Of a stretch of DNA of 64,000 nucleotides, positions 29,631-39,902 are shown piece after piece. The stretch is from positions 1,216,001 through 1,280,000 of the forward strand of contig CAVOJR010000001.1 of assembly GCA_963696295.1 (NCBI GenBank), read 5' to 3'. Source of the DNA: an uncultured Chlamydiae bacterium (lineage in GTDB: Bacteria > Chlamydiota > Chlamydiia > Chlamydiales > JAJFMB01). A model generated the notes under the pieces. The model was given only the letters and a program-made list of their open reading frames with translations, ran no database searches and was not told where the DNA came from. Positions within the stretch are counted from its first letter, which is position 1; each line of letters opens with the position of its first letter. The translations under genes were made by a program, and so were the position numbers.

Positions 29631-30326
29631 TTATCGTTGATATATTTTAAACTCGGCGCGGCGGTTCAATTTCCAGGCTTCCTCGTTATGGCCGAAAACT
29701 AGAGGTTTTTCCTTGCCATAGGAGATTGTGAATACTTTATTCGGATCAACGCCTTCGTTGACAAGAAGACTGCGGACGGTGTTGCTGCGGCGGGATCCCA
29801 AAGCCAAATTATAAGCTTCTGCCCCACGCTCATCGCAATGCCCTTCAACAAAAATATAGGTACCATTATGTTTCTTCATATAACTGGCGATGCCTCTGAC
29901 GATCTGCAGATTCTCCTGCCCTTTGATCAGATCGCTGTTGTAGGGAAAGTGAATTTGTTTGAAGATTTCCGCTAAATCCGCAATCGTCATCGGGTCCCTG
30001 AACGCTTCGATGCCGGGTACGGAACTGCCTGGATCGCCGGGCGATTCTTTGGCCTGCTGAATGACGGCGCTTGTCATGCTTATTTCGCGCCCAAAATTTT
30101 CATCTTCAAGAGGAATGTAATCATTGGCGTGACACATGAATTCCTCGCGGCTGACAACTTCTTTAGCATCGCCATGTTTACCGCCCAGGCATTGAGCTCC
30201 TCGAGTCACATATCTTCCGGCTGAATTCGCATCATCGCAGATTTCAGAGCGCGTGCGCACACATCCGGTTACCATTATGCAAAGAAAAACCAACTTGCAT
30301 AAGATCACAACTTTCATAATTACCAC
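29631..30326 (-). CDS. pal: Peptidoglycan-associated lipoprotein
   Basis: Lipobox VTGC; OmpA-C motif EGHCDERG..YNLALGSRR, ISYGKEKP, NRRAEF. Confidence 0.92.
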   Translation of the reverse strand: MVIMKVVILCKLVFLCIMVTGCVRTRSEICDDANSAGRYVTRGAQCLGGKHGDAKEVVSREEFMCHANDYIPLEDENFGREISMTSAVIQQAKESPGDPGSSVPGIEAFRDPMTIADLAEIFKQIHFPYNSDLIKGQENLQIVRGIASYMKKHNGTYIFVEGHCDERGAEAYNLALGSRRSNTVRSLLVNEGVDPNKVFTISYGKEKPLVFGHNEEAWKLNRRAEFKIYQR

Positions 30327-30382
30327 CTTTAGTTTATCCCTTGAGTTATATTAACATACCGCACTAAATTTCTGAAATGTTT

Positions 30383-31729
30383 TTATGAATATCTCGGCTC
30401 CCAACTCGGAAACCTTTTTTCCCCATTCCCTGAACTGATTTTCACCGCTTCAGTCTGATTCAAATTGATCATGTAAAGCTCGCCGGCGTCGGCATCGGTA
30501 GAATTATAAACGAGATGGAGGCTATTGGATGCCCAGGAGGGGTTTTCTTTATTGCCAGGCCCTTTCGTCAATTGCACCTCCTCTTTTTTACGGAAGTCGT
30601 AGATCCAAATTTGCCTGACCCCGTCAGTCAAGGCGCAATAGGCGATCTTGGTGCCGTCAGGAGACCAGGCAGGCGCTGTACTTTCGGGATTGTATTTTGT
30701 AAGGAGCTGCGGCTCAACTTTTTTCACACGGTCTGCCGTTTGCGGCATCTCCATGACATAGATGCGGGGCGTCCCATCTTTATTAGATACAAAAGCGATG
30801 CGCTGACCGTCAGGACTAAATGTCGGAGTCCCTTGCGTGGCCAGCGTGCTGGAAAAAATTTGGCAGGCCTTGCCCGTTACCCCCTCCTCAGGCCTGAAGG
30901 GTTGTAAAAACAGGTCGGGATTGCCGGTGGCATCGCTGATGAAAGCCACCCTGTCCCGCAATGGAGAGATGGCAGGCATGAGCTGATTGCCCTTCAAATA
31001 GCATAATCTTTGGGAAATGCCGTCATTCAGGGAGCTGACGTAAATTTTTGGCTGTCCTGTTTTATAAGAGACATAAAAAAAGCTCCCGGCCGCTTTCCCT
31101 TTAAGCGGGGGGACATAGGTCGGCGTCACACAGTAATCGCCCGCTTTTGTGATCTGGCGGGGATTTTCTCCGTCATAATCGGATTCCCATACCTCGGACA
31201 GCCACTCATTTTTACCGGGCCCCTTTGTTCTGACTGTATACAGAATATGCGTGTCCGCTACGCCCGGCTTACCAAACAGCTCTTTGTGTATCACATCGGC
31301 AACGCGATGGATCTGCTGCCTGTCCTGGCTCAACTGCCCTTTTAATACGATTCCATCGATCCCTTTGACCTGCTGGTTATTCGCGGAAAATAAACGGACG
31401 GCTAACGTTTTATCTTTCACTTGAGTTTTGATCAGGTAATAAGCCCCGAGTTCTTTACATAATTTTGGGTACTTTGTCGCGTCGTTCGGCAATTTTGACT
31501 TGGCTATTTGTTTTTTTAGTGTAAAAGTCATGCCGTTATGATTCATATCAAAGGAAAGCACGCTTTCGAGCTTTTTTATATAAGCGGCGTCAAAGCCAGA
31601 CCCGGCATCTTCAAACTCTTCCAGATAAACAGGCAGCAAACGGCTTTCAGTGGCAAGCTGGACGACTATTTGATCTTCGCCTGCAAAGAGCAAGCCGAAA
31701 AACTGACAAAAGATAAATAACTTTTTCAT
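30383..31729 (-). CDS. tolB: Tol-Pal beta-propeller protein
   Basis: PD40 repeats PTFSPDGQRIAF, PAWSPDGTKIAY; tol-pal context. Confidence 0.92.
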   Translation of the reverse strand: MKKLFIFCQFFGLLFAGEDQIVVQLATESRLLPVYLEEFEDAGSGFDAAYIKKLESVLSFDMNHNGMTFTLKKQIAKSKLPNDATKYPKLCKELGAYYLIKTQVKDKTLAVRLFSANNQQVKGIDGIVLKGQLSQDRQQIHRVADVIHKELFGKPGVADTHILYTVRTKGPGKNEWLSEVWESDYDGENPRQITKAGDYCVTPTYVPPLKGKAAGSFFYVSYKTGQPKIYVSSLNDGISQRLCYLKGNQLMPAISPLRDRVAFISDATGNPDLFLQPFRPEEGVTGKACQIFSSTLATQGTPTFSPDGQRIAFVSNKDGTPRIYVMEMPQTADRVKKVEPQLLTKYNPESTAPAWSPDGTKIAYCALTDGVRQIWIYDFRKKEEVQLTKGPGNKENPSWASNSLHLVYNSTDADAGELYMINLNQTEAVKISSGNGEKRFPSWEPRYS

Positions 31730-31731
31730 AG

Positions 31732-32469
31732 TTAAAGCTCATTATTTAATGAAATTAAAAAGGTATGCTCCGATTCCCCGCTAAAATTGCTCCCAAAGGC
31801 CGGAAAAGCAAGTCCGGGCACGGCGCTTTCGATATACCTTCTGTTAACTTCGCTTTCTGCTGTAACAATATCAAACTTCTGCACCAGCCCTTTGCGATCC
31901 ACAGTCAGCCTGATCTTGACCATGCCGTATTCCGGCAGGCGCAATAACAATTTCAGTCGGTTGGCAAGCTCATCGCGATAACCCGCTTCATGGCTGTTGA
32001 GCAGGGCGCTTTCGTCGTCATTCCTGGTCGATTTGTTAGGATTTGGAATTTCTTTAGGCACGGGCTCGCTTGTGATAATTTTATCGCTGGTTTTGGTAAT
32101 TTTTGCAATGTTTTCCTTAGCTTTTTCTACGAGCGCCTGATCTTTGATCACTTTTTTCTTCGGTTTTTCCACAATCTCGTTTACTTTTTTTTCCTTTTCA
32201 ACCGCTTTAGGCTTTTCCTTTTCAACGACCTTAGGAACCGGTTTTTCAACAACGGGTTTTTCAGCTTCTTTGGGAACCGGTTTTTCAGCGGTTTTTTTCT
32301 TCTCTTCTTTGAAGGCGAATTTAGGTTTCTCGTTGAAGGTGACTTCTTGCGTCACTAACCTGGTTTGATTGGGTTTGACAACCGGCGAGGATGGGATATG
32401 GGTAATCCCCCACAGGATAAAAGCCATATGGACAGCCAGGACAAAAACGGAAATCTTGAAAAGGCTCAT
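31732..32469 (-). CDS. tolA: TolA/TonB-like protein
   Basis: N-terminal TM with His, K/E/P-rich linker, C-terminal TonB-like domain; between tolR and tolB. Confidence 0.7.
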   Translation of the reverse strand: MSLFKISVFVLAVHMAFILWGITHIPSSPVVKPNQTRLVTQEVTFNEKPKFAFKEEKKKTAEKPVPKEAEKPVVEKPVPKVVEKEKPKAVEKEKKVNEIVEKPKKKVIKDQALVEKAKENIAKITKTSDKIITSEPVPKEIPNPNKSTRNDDESALLNSHEAGYRDELANRLKLLLRLPEYGMVKIRLTVDRKGLVQKFDIVTAESEVNRRYIESAVPGLAFPAFGSNFSGESEHTFLISLNNEL

Positions 32470-32879
32470 GTTTGCGCTTGGGGTTTCAGGATAATATCCA
32501 TCTGTTGAAATCCTGCGCATTCGACAGCATTTTTCACAGCTTGATAGGTGCCAAATTGCGCCCTTTTATCTTGAAATACTTGTGGCCGGCTTTTCGGAAA
32601 ACGTTGTTTCAGCAGCTTCAAAGAAGGCGTCAATTGATCAAGGGACACCATCTTATTATTCAATAAAATCTGATTGTTTTGATTGACGTGAATAGTGATA
32701 GGACTCTCGTTTTGCACCGCAATCGAATCTTTTCCGGCCATCGGAGCGTCCGCCAGCTCCACCCGGTCCAATTCCAGCAAAGGAGCAATTACGATGAACA
32801 TAATCAAAATGACAAAGACCACATCAATCAGCGGGGTCAGATTGATGACAGGCTCTTCCGTTTTGGCAAGCATCCTCAA
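32466..32879 (-). CDS. tolR: TolR/ExbD biopolymer transport protein
   Basis: INLTPLIDVVFVILIMF motif. Confidence 0.88.
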   Translation of the reverse strand: MRMLAKTEEPVINLTPLIDVVFVILIMFIVIAPLLELDRVELADAPMAGKDSIAVQNESPITIHVNQNNQILLNNKMVSLDQLTPSLKLLKQRFPKSRPQVFQDKRAQFGTYQAVKNAVECAGFQQMDIILKPQAQT

Positions 32880-33616
32880 AGCGCATCTACCTTTCTATAT
32901 TGCAATTCGACTGTCGCCAATATCTCATTGGAAAAATTATGCATATCGATTTCAAAATCCCTCACATTATTTTTCAGGTAATTATACCCGATCAGGGCGG
33001 GTATCGCATCAATGAGACCGATAACCGTGGTGGCGAGGGCCAAAGACAACCCCCCTAAAAACACCTGGTTGGTTCCCCCCATCGTCTGGCTTTGCATCTG
33101 CGAAAATGTGGTCAGGATCCCCCAGACGGTGCCCAACAAGCCCAAGAAAGGGGCCAGGCTGACAATGGTCGAGAGAACGTAGAGATAGCTGTCCAGATTT
33201 TTTGTCTGGGAGGCGACGCCGGCATTTAAATGGGACTCCACGAATTCGATATCGGCCTGAGAGAGAAACGATCCATTTTCCTCAACCTCTACGCGGTTTT
33301 TTTGGCCGAAACGGTGATTCTTATTCAGAATTTCCAGCGTGTTTTTCTTTAAAATCTGATAGAGATCCAGATAGGGATTCCAGGCATTCGTTGACCTTTC
33401 ATATTCCATCCCCAAAGGGTTAAACCGGTATTTTTGAAAGGCGCTGTAGAATTGTCTGGTCTGCTTTTTTACAGAACGCGCCAGAAGAATCTTATAAAGC
33501 AAAATGATCCAGCTGATGGCTGAAAGGGCAATCAAACCAATAAAGATGATTTTGCCAAGAACATCGGAATGCACATAGGCATCAAAAAAAGGATTAGCAG
33601 CGATTATCATTTTCAC
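32876..33616 (-). CDS. tolQ: TolQ/ExbB proton channel protein
   Basis: APFLGLLGTVWGI, ALATTVIGL..AIPALIGYN. Confidence 0.9.
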   Translation of the reverse strand: MKMIIAANPFFDAYVHSDVLGKIIFIGLIALSAISWIILLYKILLARSVKKQTRQFYSAFQKYRFNPLGMEYERSTNAWNPYLDLYQILKKNTLEILNKNHRFGQKNRVEVEENGSFLSQADIEFVESHLNAGVASQTKNLDSYLYVLSTIVSLAPFLGLLGTVWGILTTFSQMQSQTMGGTNQVFLGGLSLALATTVIGLIDAIPALIGYNYLKNNVRDFEIDMHNFSNEILATVELQYRKVDAL

Positions 33617-33651
33617 CCGGGTTTTATAGTAGAGGATTAAGGAATTCCCCC

Positions 33652-34404
33652 CTATTTGTCAAGAGGCAATCTATAAGCCTCTGTCTTTGGGGAATTCTCC
33701 CAGATCGCCCGTGCGCCATCGTAGGCGGCGTAGAGCGGCTCCTGCTCTGTGCCCAAGTTATAAGTTACGCGCATCAGCCGTTCTTTTTCAGATAAACTAT
33801 CCAAGGGATAGCCTCTGCCCGGATTTCTTTCCTGCAAGGGCAAGTGATCAATGCCGCAAAAAGCTGTGATGATATCGATAACGTCCTGATCCCACAAATG
33901 CTCATACTTGACGGCCAAAATGCAGCTTTCTTCTAAAGGACACCTTTCCAGCGAAAGCCACTGCCGCAGGTGTTCCTCAATTCCCAGAGCATCGCAGCTG
34001 AGCAGGTTATCTTCCAGAGTCTGATTTGTCGTACCGCAGATTCTCCGATGCCACATCAGATCCGAAGTCTCCACATGATTGAAATGCCAAAAGCCCCATA
34101 ATCTATTTGCCAGAGAAACATGTAAAACCGATTCAGCGATCCGGTCGGGATTAGAATAGATAAAAATAATTTTCCCCTTCCACACTTTGGGGGGCAAAAG
34201 GTGGGATTTCAAAATAAGCTGGGTTGAAACGCATTGGGTTAAAACCATCACTAATAGAGTACTGCCGGAACGGCCGGGACTGCAGATCATGATATAATCA
34301 CTTTTATCCTGAAAAGGAATTAATCTGTCGCGCATGTCGATAAACTTCCATCCGTGACATTGAGAGATAAACAAAGAGATCAAAAGCCACGTCCTGATGG
34401 TCAT
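33652..34404 (-). CDS. Sulfotransferase-like P-loop protein with signal peptide
   Basis: CSPGRSGSTLL (PAPS 5'-PSB-like), LKSH, VKYEHLW; signal MTIRTWLLISLFISQCHG-W. Confidence 0.6.
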   Translation of the reverse strand: MTIRTWLLISLFISQCHGWKFIDMRDRLIPFQDKSDYIMICSPGRSGSTLLVMVLTQCVSTQLILKSHLLPPKVWKGKIIFIYSNPDRIAESVLHVSLANRLWGFWHFNHVETSDLMWHRRICGTTNQTLEDNLLSCDALGIEEHLRQWLSLERCPLEESCILAVKYEHLWDQDVIDIITAFCGIDHLPLQERNPGRGYPLDSLSEKERLMRVTYNLGTEQEPLYAAYDGARAIWENSPKTEAYRLPLDK

Positions 34405-35144
34405 CCCCCCCCCAATCTATAAGACTGGACCTTTGGAGAACTCTCCCAGATAGCTCGCGCGCCATCGCAAACGGCATAGCGCGGCTCCTGCTCTGTGCCC
34501 AGGTTATAGGTTTTGCGGATCAACCGCTCTTTTTCCGATACCGAATGCAAGGGATATCCCCTCTCTTTCATTTCGGGCAAAGGAAAGCTTTCCAATTGGC
34601 AAAAATTTTTGATTATAGCGATCACTTCCCGGTCCCACAAATGCTCATATTTGACGGCCAGGATACAACTTTCTTCAATCGGGCATTTTTCCAGCTTGAG
34701 CCACTGCCTCAGATGCTCCTCTATGCCCAAAGCATCGTAATTCAGCAGGTTATCTTCAAGGTTTTGATTCACCGTGCTTCCCAACTTTTGCAGCCACTTA
34801 GGATCAGTAGTCTCCATGCGATTGAAATGATAATACCAATAGCCATCCTCCAAAGAGACGTGAAAAATCGATTCATCCGCCTTATCGGGATTGGAAAATA
34901 TAAATAGAATCTTTCCTTTCCAACCTTCCCTGGGGGGCAGGAGATGGGACTTTAAAATAGTTTTTTTTGGAAGAGCCTTGTCCAAAGCATCTGACAGCAT
35001 AGTGCTTCCCGATCGTCCCGTGCTGCAGACCATGATGACGTCTTCTCTATCTTGAAAGAATTTTAACTTTTCATGAGAGTCGATAAATTCCCATCCAAAG
35101 CAAAAAGAAAAAGGCAGGCTCAAAAAAAATAGGAGTGTTTTCAT
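34401..35144 (-). CDS. Sulfotransferase-like protein, tandem paralog, with signal peptide
   Basis: CSTGRSGSTML, LKSH, VKYEHLW; signal MKTLLFFLSLPFSFCFG-W; strong DNA similarity to neighbour. Confidence 0.6.
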   Translation of the reverse strand: MKTLLFFLSLPFSFCFGWEFIDSHEKLKFFQDREDVIMVCSTGRSGSTMLSDALDKALPKKTILKSHLLPPREGWKGKILFIFSNPDKADESIFHVSLEDGYWYYHFNRMETTDPKWLQKLGSTVNQNLEDNLLNYDALGIEEHLRQWLKLEKCPIEESCILAVKYEHLWDREVIAIIKNFCQLESFPLPEMKERGYPLHSVSEKERLIRKTYNLGTEQEPRYAVCDGARAIWESSPKVQSYRLGGG

Positions 35145-35173
35145 CGTCCTCTATTCTCCGAATAGTTCTTGAG

Positions 35174-35202
35174 AATATAATTAAGCAATTCCCATTTGTC
35201 AA
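35174..35202 (-). promoter_or_regulatory. sigma66/70-type promoter for the sulfotransferase-like pair
   Basis: On the minus strand TTGACA-17 bp-TATATT. Confidence 0.6.
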
Positions 35203-35299
35203 CTGGTTCCCTCAAAAAAAACTTGAAAAAAAATAGAAAGAAGAAGTTAATAGACTTAATTAATACGCACGATGCATGCCAAAAAACAGGAAGAATTCG

Positions 35300-35941
35300 A
35301 TGGTTATTTTTAGGGTAATATTATTTTTTAATATATTAATTTCTTATGGCTTTGCTCACGATAACAACTTGGAACAATACTTAAGCGGCCGCATTCCAGC
35401 TGAAGACAAACGATATAACTCCTTCCTTTATGCTCTTCAACTGATGCATGATTGTGACGCCAAAACTTTATTAGAAACGGGCACCTCAAGAGACGGCGAT
35501 ACCAATTTCACCGGGGATGGGGGAGCGACTATTATATTTGGTCAATATGCCAAGGAAACAGGTGGACTGCTTTACACTGTAGATATTTCTCCGGAAGCCA
35601 TAGCTGCAGCACAACAGGCTACGCAGCTTTATGCCGATCATATAAACTATGTTGTGAGCGATTCTCTGCTTTTTTTAGCAGATTTCAATGGATATATCGA
35701 CTTTCTGTACTTAGACAGCTATGACTACGATTGGGAAAACCCGGGACCTTCCCAAAATCACCATCTCCAAGAAATTATCTTGGCACTTCCCCACCTGCAT
35801 GATAACAGCATCGTCATGATTGATGACTGCCAATTACCTGGAGGAGGGAAGGGCTTGCTGGTTATCGAATACTTAAAAAGACGTGGATGGGTGGTGGTTT
35901 ACGATGGGTACCAGACCATCATGAGAAAATCTTCGCTCTAA
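35300..35941 (+). CDS. Class I SAM methyltransferase (Methyltransf_24-like) with signal peptide
   Basis: LETGTSR, YTVDI, IDFLYLDS, MIDD; signal ending SYGFA-H; ORF can extend to 35276. Confidence 0.75.
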   Translation: MVIFRVILFFNILISYGFAHDNNLEQYLSGRIPAEDKRYNSFLYALQLMHDCDAKTLLETGTSRDGDTNFTGDGGATIIFGQYAKETGGLLYTVDISPEAIAAAQQATQLYADHINYVVSDSLLFLADFNGYIDFLYLDSYDYDWENPGPSQNHHLQEIILALPHLHDNSIVMIDDCQLPGGGKGLLVIEYLKRRGWVVVYDGYQTIMRKSSL

Positions 35942-36104
35942 GCTCATTTTCTTCTGCCAAAATATTGCCCATTGTATTATTTTTTTGAGTAGTAAGCTAT
36001 AAGGCGACATGCTAATTTATATTTTAAACTTTATCCCCTCTTAACAATTGCATGTTATCATTGAATTAATTAAAATAGGTAGATTAACTTAAAAAAGGTT
36101 ATCG

Positions 36105-38225
36105 ATGAAGCATTTTATCCTCGTTTTTTTATTCTCTGTATCCCTGTTTTTTACCCAAGGGTTAAATGCGGAAACGGAACCCGTAAACGCCTCGCTGATC
36201 AGCGAAAGCGAGAGCATACAGCCAAACACCCCATTTTGGGTGGTTACCCGCCTAAAACTTCAAGATCATTGGCACGCCTACTGGAAAAACCCCGGTGATT
36301 CGGGCATGGCCCCCTCCATTAAATGGACCCTCCCCGCAGGATTTAGCGCTGAAGAAACGCAATTCCCTTATCCCAAACGGTTTACATCTAACGAACTCGT
36401 AGGGTTCGGCTATGAGGATGAAGTGCTCCTGCTGACCAAAATTATCCCGGCCAAGAATATTGCCGCCGAAAAGATCGACTTAAGCGCCGAGGTTAACTGG
36501 GTCGTTTGCTCGAAAGACACCTGTTTGCCGGGAGACGCCAATCTTTCCGTCTCCATGCCTGTCAAACCGGAAACGCCTGAGGCCGGGTCAAACGCCCCCA
36601 TTTTTGCCAAAGCCCGGGCAAAATTGCCCCAGGAAGCGCCAAAGATTTCCGCCGAACAGCTCAAAGATTCCATCGCTTTGACCATTCCTCATAAAGACCA
36701 GGCGATAACGGCGACATTTTTCCCCGAAGCTGACCAAAACCTCGATATCAAGGGAGAGGCATCAACCAAGCCTCATCCGGACCTCCCCAATCACCACGTA
36801 GTCGCATTGCCCACCATCAGCGGGCAAGAATCCAGCCAGCTCAAGGGAGTGCTTGTGACTCAAGGAAAGGGCGAGCCGGAAGCCTTTGCCGTTAATATTC
36901 CGGTCGTCAAGCCGGCAGCTGCCGCCCCTGTTCCTATGGAATTCGAGGGGGGATTCGCTCTTGCCATTCTCTTTGCCTTCATAGGCGGTATGATTTTAAA
37001 CTTAATGCCCTGTGTTTTACCGGTCATGTCCTTCAAAGTGCTCGGATTTGTCAAAATGGCCGGCCAAAGCCGTTCCCTGACTTTAAAGCACGGCCTGCTG
37101 TTTTCCTTAGGCGTATTGGCTTCCTTTTGGGCGCTCGCCGCTCTTCTCCTCGCTCTCCAATCATATGGACGGGCGGTAGGATGGGGATTCCAGTTGCAGG
37201 AACCGCTTTTTGTGGCCTCTTTAGCCACTGTATTGCTGGTTTTTGGCTTGAGCCTCTTCGGCGTCTTTGAACTCGGCACCTCCATCGCTTCAAGAGCCGG
37301 CCAAGCGCAAACAGCCACCAGGAGCGGATACTCGGAACTCTTCGGTTCCTTTATGAGCGGCGTTCTGGCCACAGCTGTCGCCACCCCCTGTACCGGACCG
37401 TTTCTTGGCTCTGCCTTAGGTTATGCCGTAACCCAGCCGCCCTTCTTTTCCATGCTGATCTTTACCTCTATCGGGAGCGGTATGGCTTTCCCCTATCTCC
37501 TCTTAGCCGGCAACCCGAAGCTCTTGCGCTTTATGCCAAAGCCGGGCGCCTGGATGGAAACCTTCAAAGAGATGATGGGCTTCCTCATGCTGGCATCGGT
37601 TCTCTGGCTGATCTGGGTATTCAGCGCCCAAACCAACTACATGGCGGTCACCATGCTGCTCGGCGGCTTTTTCGTCCTGGCTATAGGCTGCTGGATCTAT
37701 GGAAAATGGGCCACCCCCTTAAAAAGTAAATTTACGCGCACCGTCGGCACAGTGATTACGGCGGTATTTTTTATCATTGGAGCCGACATTATCTACACTT
37801 CGACAACCCCTTGGGTGGAAGAGATGGGGGGAATTTCCGCAAATTCCTCTCATCCCGGCGATGGCTGGGAAGACTTTTCTCAAGCGCGCATCGATGAGTT
37901 GCAAAAACAGGGCATTCCCGTTTTTGTCGACTTTACCGCCAAGTGGTGCCTGATCTGCCAAACCAATCACATGGCCTTATCGACCAATTCCGTCGCTCAG
38001 GAATTTACAAAAAAAGGCGTAGTGAAGATGAAGGCCGACTGGACTAAACGAAACGCCGAAATCACGGAGGCCTTGCGCAAATTTGGCCGAAATGGCGTAC
38101 CGCTCTACGTCTTCTACCCGGGCGACTCGAAACAGGCGCCGGAAATTCTGCCGCAAGTGCTGACACCCGATATTATCATCAGCGCTATCCAAAAAGACAA
38201 TGTCGCTGTTGCCACCCATAAATGA
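36105..38225 (+). CDS. dsbD: Thiol:disulfide interchange protein DsbD family
   Basis: WHAYWKNPGDSG, CSKDTC, LNLMPCVLP, ATPCTGP, thioredoxin WCLIC. Confidence 0.92.
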   Translation: MKHFILVFLFSVSLFFTQGLNAETEPVNASLISESESIQPNTPFWVVTRLKLQDHWHAYWKNPGDSGMAPSIKWTLPAGFSAEETQFPYPKRFTSNELVGFGYEDEVLLLTKIIPAKNIAAEKIDLSAEVNWVVCSKDTCLPGDANLSVSMPVKPETPEAGSNAPIFAKARAKLPQEAPKISAEQLKDSIALTIPHKDQAITATFFPEADQNLDIKGEASTKPHPDLPNHHVVALPTISGQESSQLKGVLVTQGKGEPEAFAVNIPVVKPAAAAPVPMEFEGGFALAILFAFIGGMILNLMPCVLPVMSFKVLGFVKMAGQSRSLTLKHGLLFSLGVLASFWALAALLLALQSYGRAVGWGFQLQEPLFVASLATVLLVFGLSLFGVFELGTSIASRAGQAQTATRSGYSELFGSFMSGVLATAVATPCTGPFLGSALGYAVTQPPFFSMLIFTSIGSGMAFPYLLLAGNPKLLRFMPKPGAWMETFKEMMGFLMLASVLWLIWVFSAQTNYMAVTMLLGGFFVLAIGCWIYGKWATPLKSKFTRTVGTVITAVFFIIGADIIYTSTTPWVEEMGGISANSSHPGDGWEDFSQARIDELQKQGIPVFVDFTAKWCLICQTNHMALSTNSVAQEFTKKGVVKMKADWTKRNAEITEALRKFGRNGVPLYVFYPGDSKQAPEILPQVLTPDIIISAIQKDNVAVATHK

Positions 38226-38983
38226 TGTATACCGACTCGCACGCCCACCTCACCTCCGACGCCCTCTTTCCGGAAGTTAGCGCGCTCCTAGAGCGCGCAG
38301 TGGCTGCGCAGGTTCAGCCCATCATAAACATCTGCACAGATGAAATCACCTTGCAGCGCGGTTTGGAACTGTCGAAAAAATACCCTTTCGTCTACAACAG
38401 CGCCGCCACGACGCCCCATGACGTGGATAAAGAGGGGGAATCGTTTTTCCCTCAAGTCGTCAAACACGTCAAAGATCTTGTGGCGATAGGAGAAACCGGG
38501 CTCGATTACCACTACAGCTATTCCGCCCCGGAAACCCAAAAGAAATTCCTCCGCCGCTACCTCGAACTCGCCCTAAAAGCAGAATTACCCGTCATCATCC
38601 ATTGCCGGGAGGCTTTTACCGATTTTTTTGAGATTATCGACGCCGACTACCGGCATGCCCCAGGAGTGCTCCACTGCTTCACCGGCACCCTGCGAGAGGC
38701 AGAAGAAGTGATTAAGCGGGGCTGGTACCTTTCGCTTAGCGGAATTGCCACTTTTAAAAAAAGCCAGGAGCTGCGGGAAGTGGCGAAAATCACCCCGCTA
38801 AACCAGCTGCTGATCGAAACGGACGCCCCGTATCTCGCTCCGCAAAGCAAGCGCGGCAGGCAAAACGAACCCTCATATCTCCCGGAAACCGCGCAAACGC
38901 TTGCCGATGCCAAGGGGATCTCTATCGCCGATCTCACCAAAGCCACTACAGAAAACGCCAAGAAATTGTTTAAACTAAAATGA
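38222..38983 (+). CDS. tatD: TatD-family nuclease
   Basis: DSHAHL, IGETGLDY, IHCRE, LHCF, ETDAPYLAP. Confidence 0.93.
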   Translation: MMYTDSHAHLTSDALFPEVSALLERAVAAQVQPIINICTDEITLQRGLELSKKYPFVYNSAATTPHDVDKEGESFFPQVVKHVKDLVAIGETGLDYHYSYSAPETQKKFLRRYLELALKAELPVIIHCREAFTDFFEIIDADYRHAPGVLHCFTGTLREAEEVIKRGWYLSLSGIATFKKSQELREVAKITPLNQLLIETDAPYLAPQSKRGRQNEPSYLPETAQTLADAKGISIADLTKATTENAKKLFKLK

Positions 38984-39852
38984 TCCAATACATCGACCGT
39001 CAAACCGGCCAAAAAAAAGAAGAGCAAGTGTACGGCCAAAAGGCTCTAAACCTGCTTTACGGCCATGACCTCTTAAGCAAAATACTCGGAGCGCCCCTGC
39101 TCTATCTTCTATCGCGCTTTCCCTTCTTTTCAAGATTTTACGGCTGGTGGCAAAAGCAGCCCTGGACAAAACAAAAAATCAAACCCTTCATCCAAAACTT
39201 TGAGATCGACCCCTCTGAATTCACCACAACCGATTTTCGCTCCTTTAACGACTTTTTCATCAGAACGCTCAAACCCTCAGCCAGGCCGTTGAGCCAAAGT
39301 CCCGCCCTCATCCCCGCCGACGGCCGCTACTGGTTCTACCAAAACATCGATCAGACCGACCATTTTATCGTCAAAGGGCAAAAGTTCCATCTTTCCACCC
39401 TTCTAAACGCCCCAACCGAAAGCTATCAAACGATGGTGATCGCCCGCCTCTGCCCGACAGACTACCATCGCTTTCACTTCCCTTGCGACTGCACCCCAGG
39501 GGAGACCCGCCTCATAAACGGCCCCCTCTATTCTGTGAACCCCATCGCCATCAGACAAAACCTCTCGATTCTCACCGAAAACAAGCGGTGCGTCACGCCC
39601 CTCCAGACCCCCCATTTCGGCACAGTGCAGTACATCGAAATCGGCGCCACCTGCGTCGGCAGCATCAACCAGACCTTTATCCCAAATAAACCCTATAAAA
39701 AAGGGGATGAAAAAGGGTACTTCGCCTTCGGCGGATCCGCACTTATCCTGCTGTTCGAAGCCGGCCGTCTCACTCTCGACCCCGACTTGATTCAAGCCAC
39801 CCGGCAAGGCTACGAAATGAGATGCCTGATGGGGCAGCCGCTTGGCAATTGA
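38980..39852 (+). CDS. psd: Phosphatidylserine decarboxylase proenzyme
   Basis: SFNDFFIR, PADG, RLCPTDYHRFH, FGGS self-cleavage motif. Confidence 0.93.
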   Translation: MIQYIDRQTGQKKEEQVYGQKALNLLYGHDLLSKILGAPLLYLLSRFPFFSRFYGWWQKQPWTKQKIKPFIQNFEIDPSEFTTTDFRSFNDFFIRTLKPSARPLSQSPALIPADGRYWFYQNIDQTDHFIVKGQKFHLSTLLNAPTESYQTMVIARLCPTDYHRFHFPCDCTPGETRLINGPLYSVNPIAIRQNLSILTENKRCVTPLQTPHFGTVQYIEIGATCVGSINQTFIPNKPYKKGDEKGYFAFGGSALILLFEAGRLTLDPDLIQATRQGYEMRCLMGQPLGN

Positions 39853-39902
39853 TTTCAAAATGGCGTTTGAGTTATTCTCAACCCCTATTTTGGAGCCCGG
39901 AT

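Noticed and set aside
32150..32320. K/E/P-rich repeats in tolA
   Set aside because: Ordinary low-complexity TolA/TonB linker
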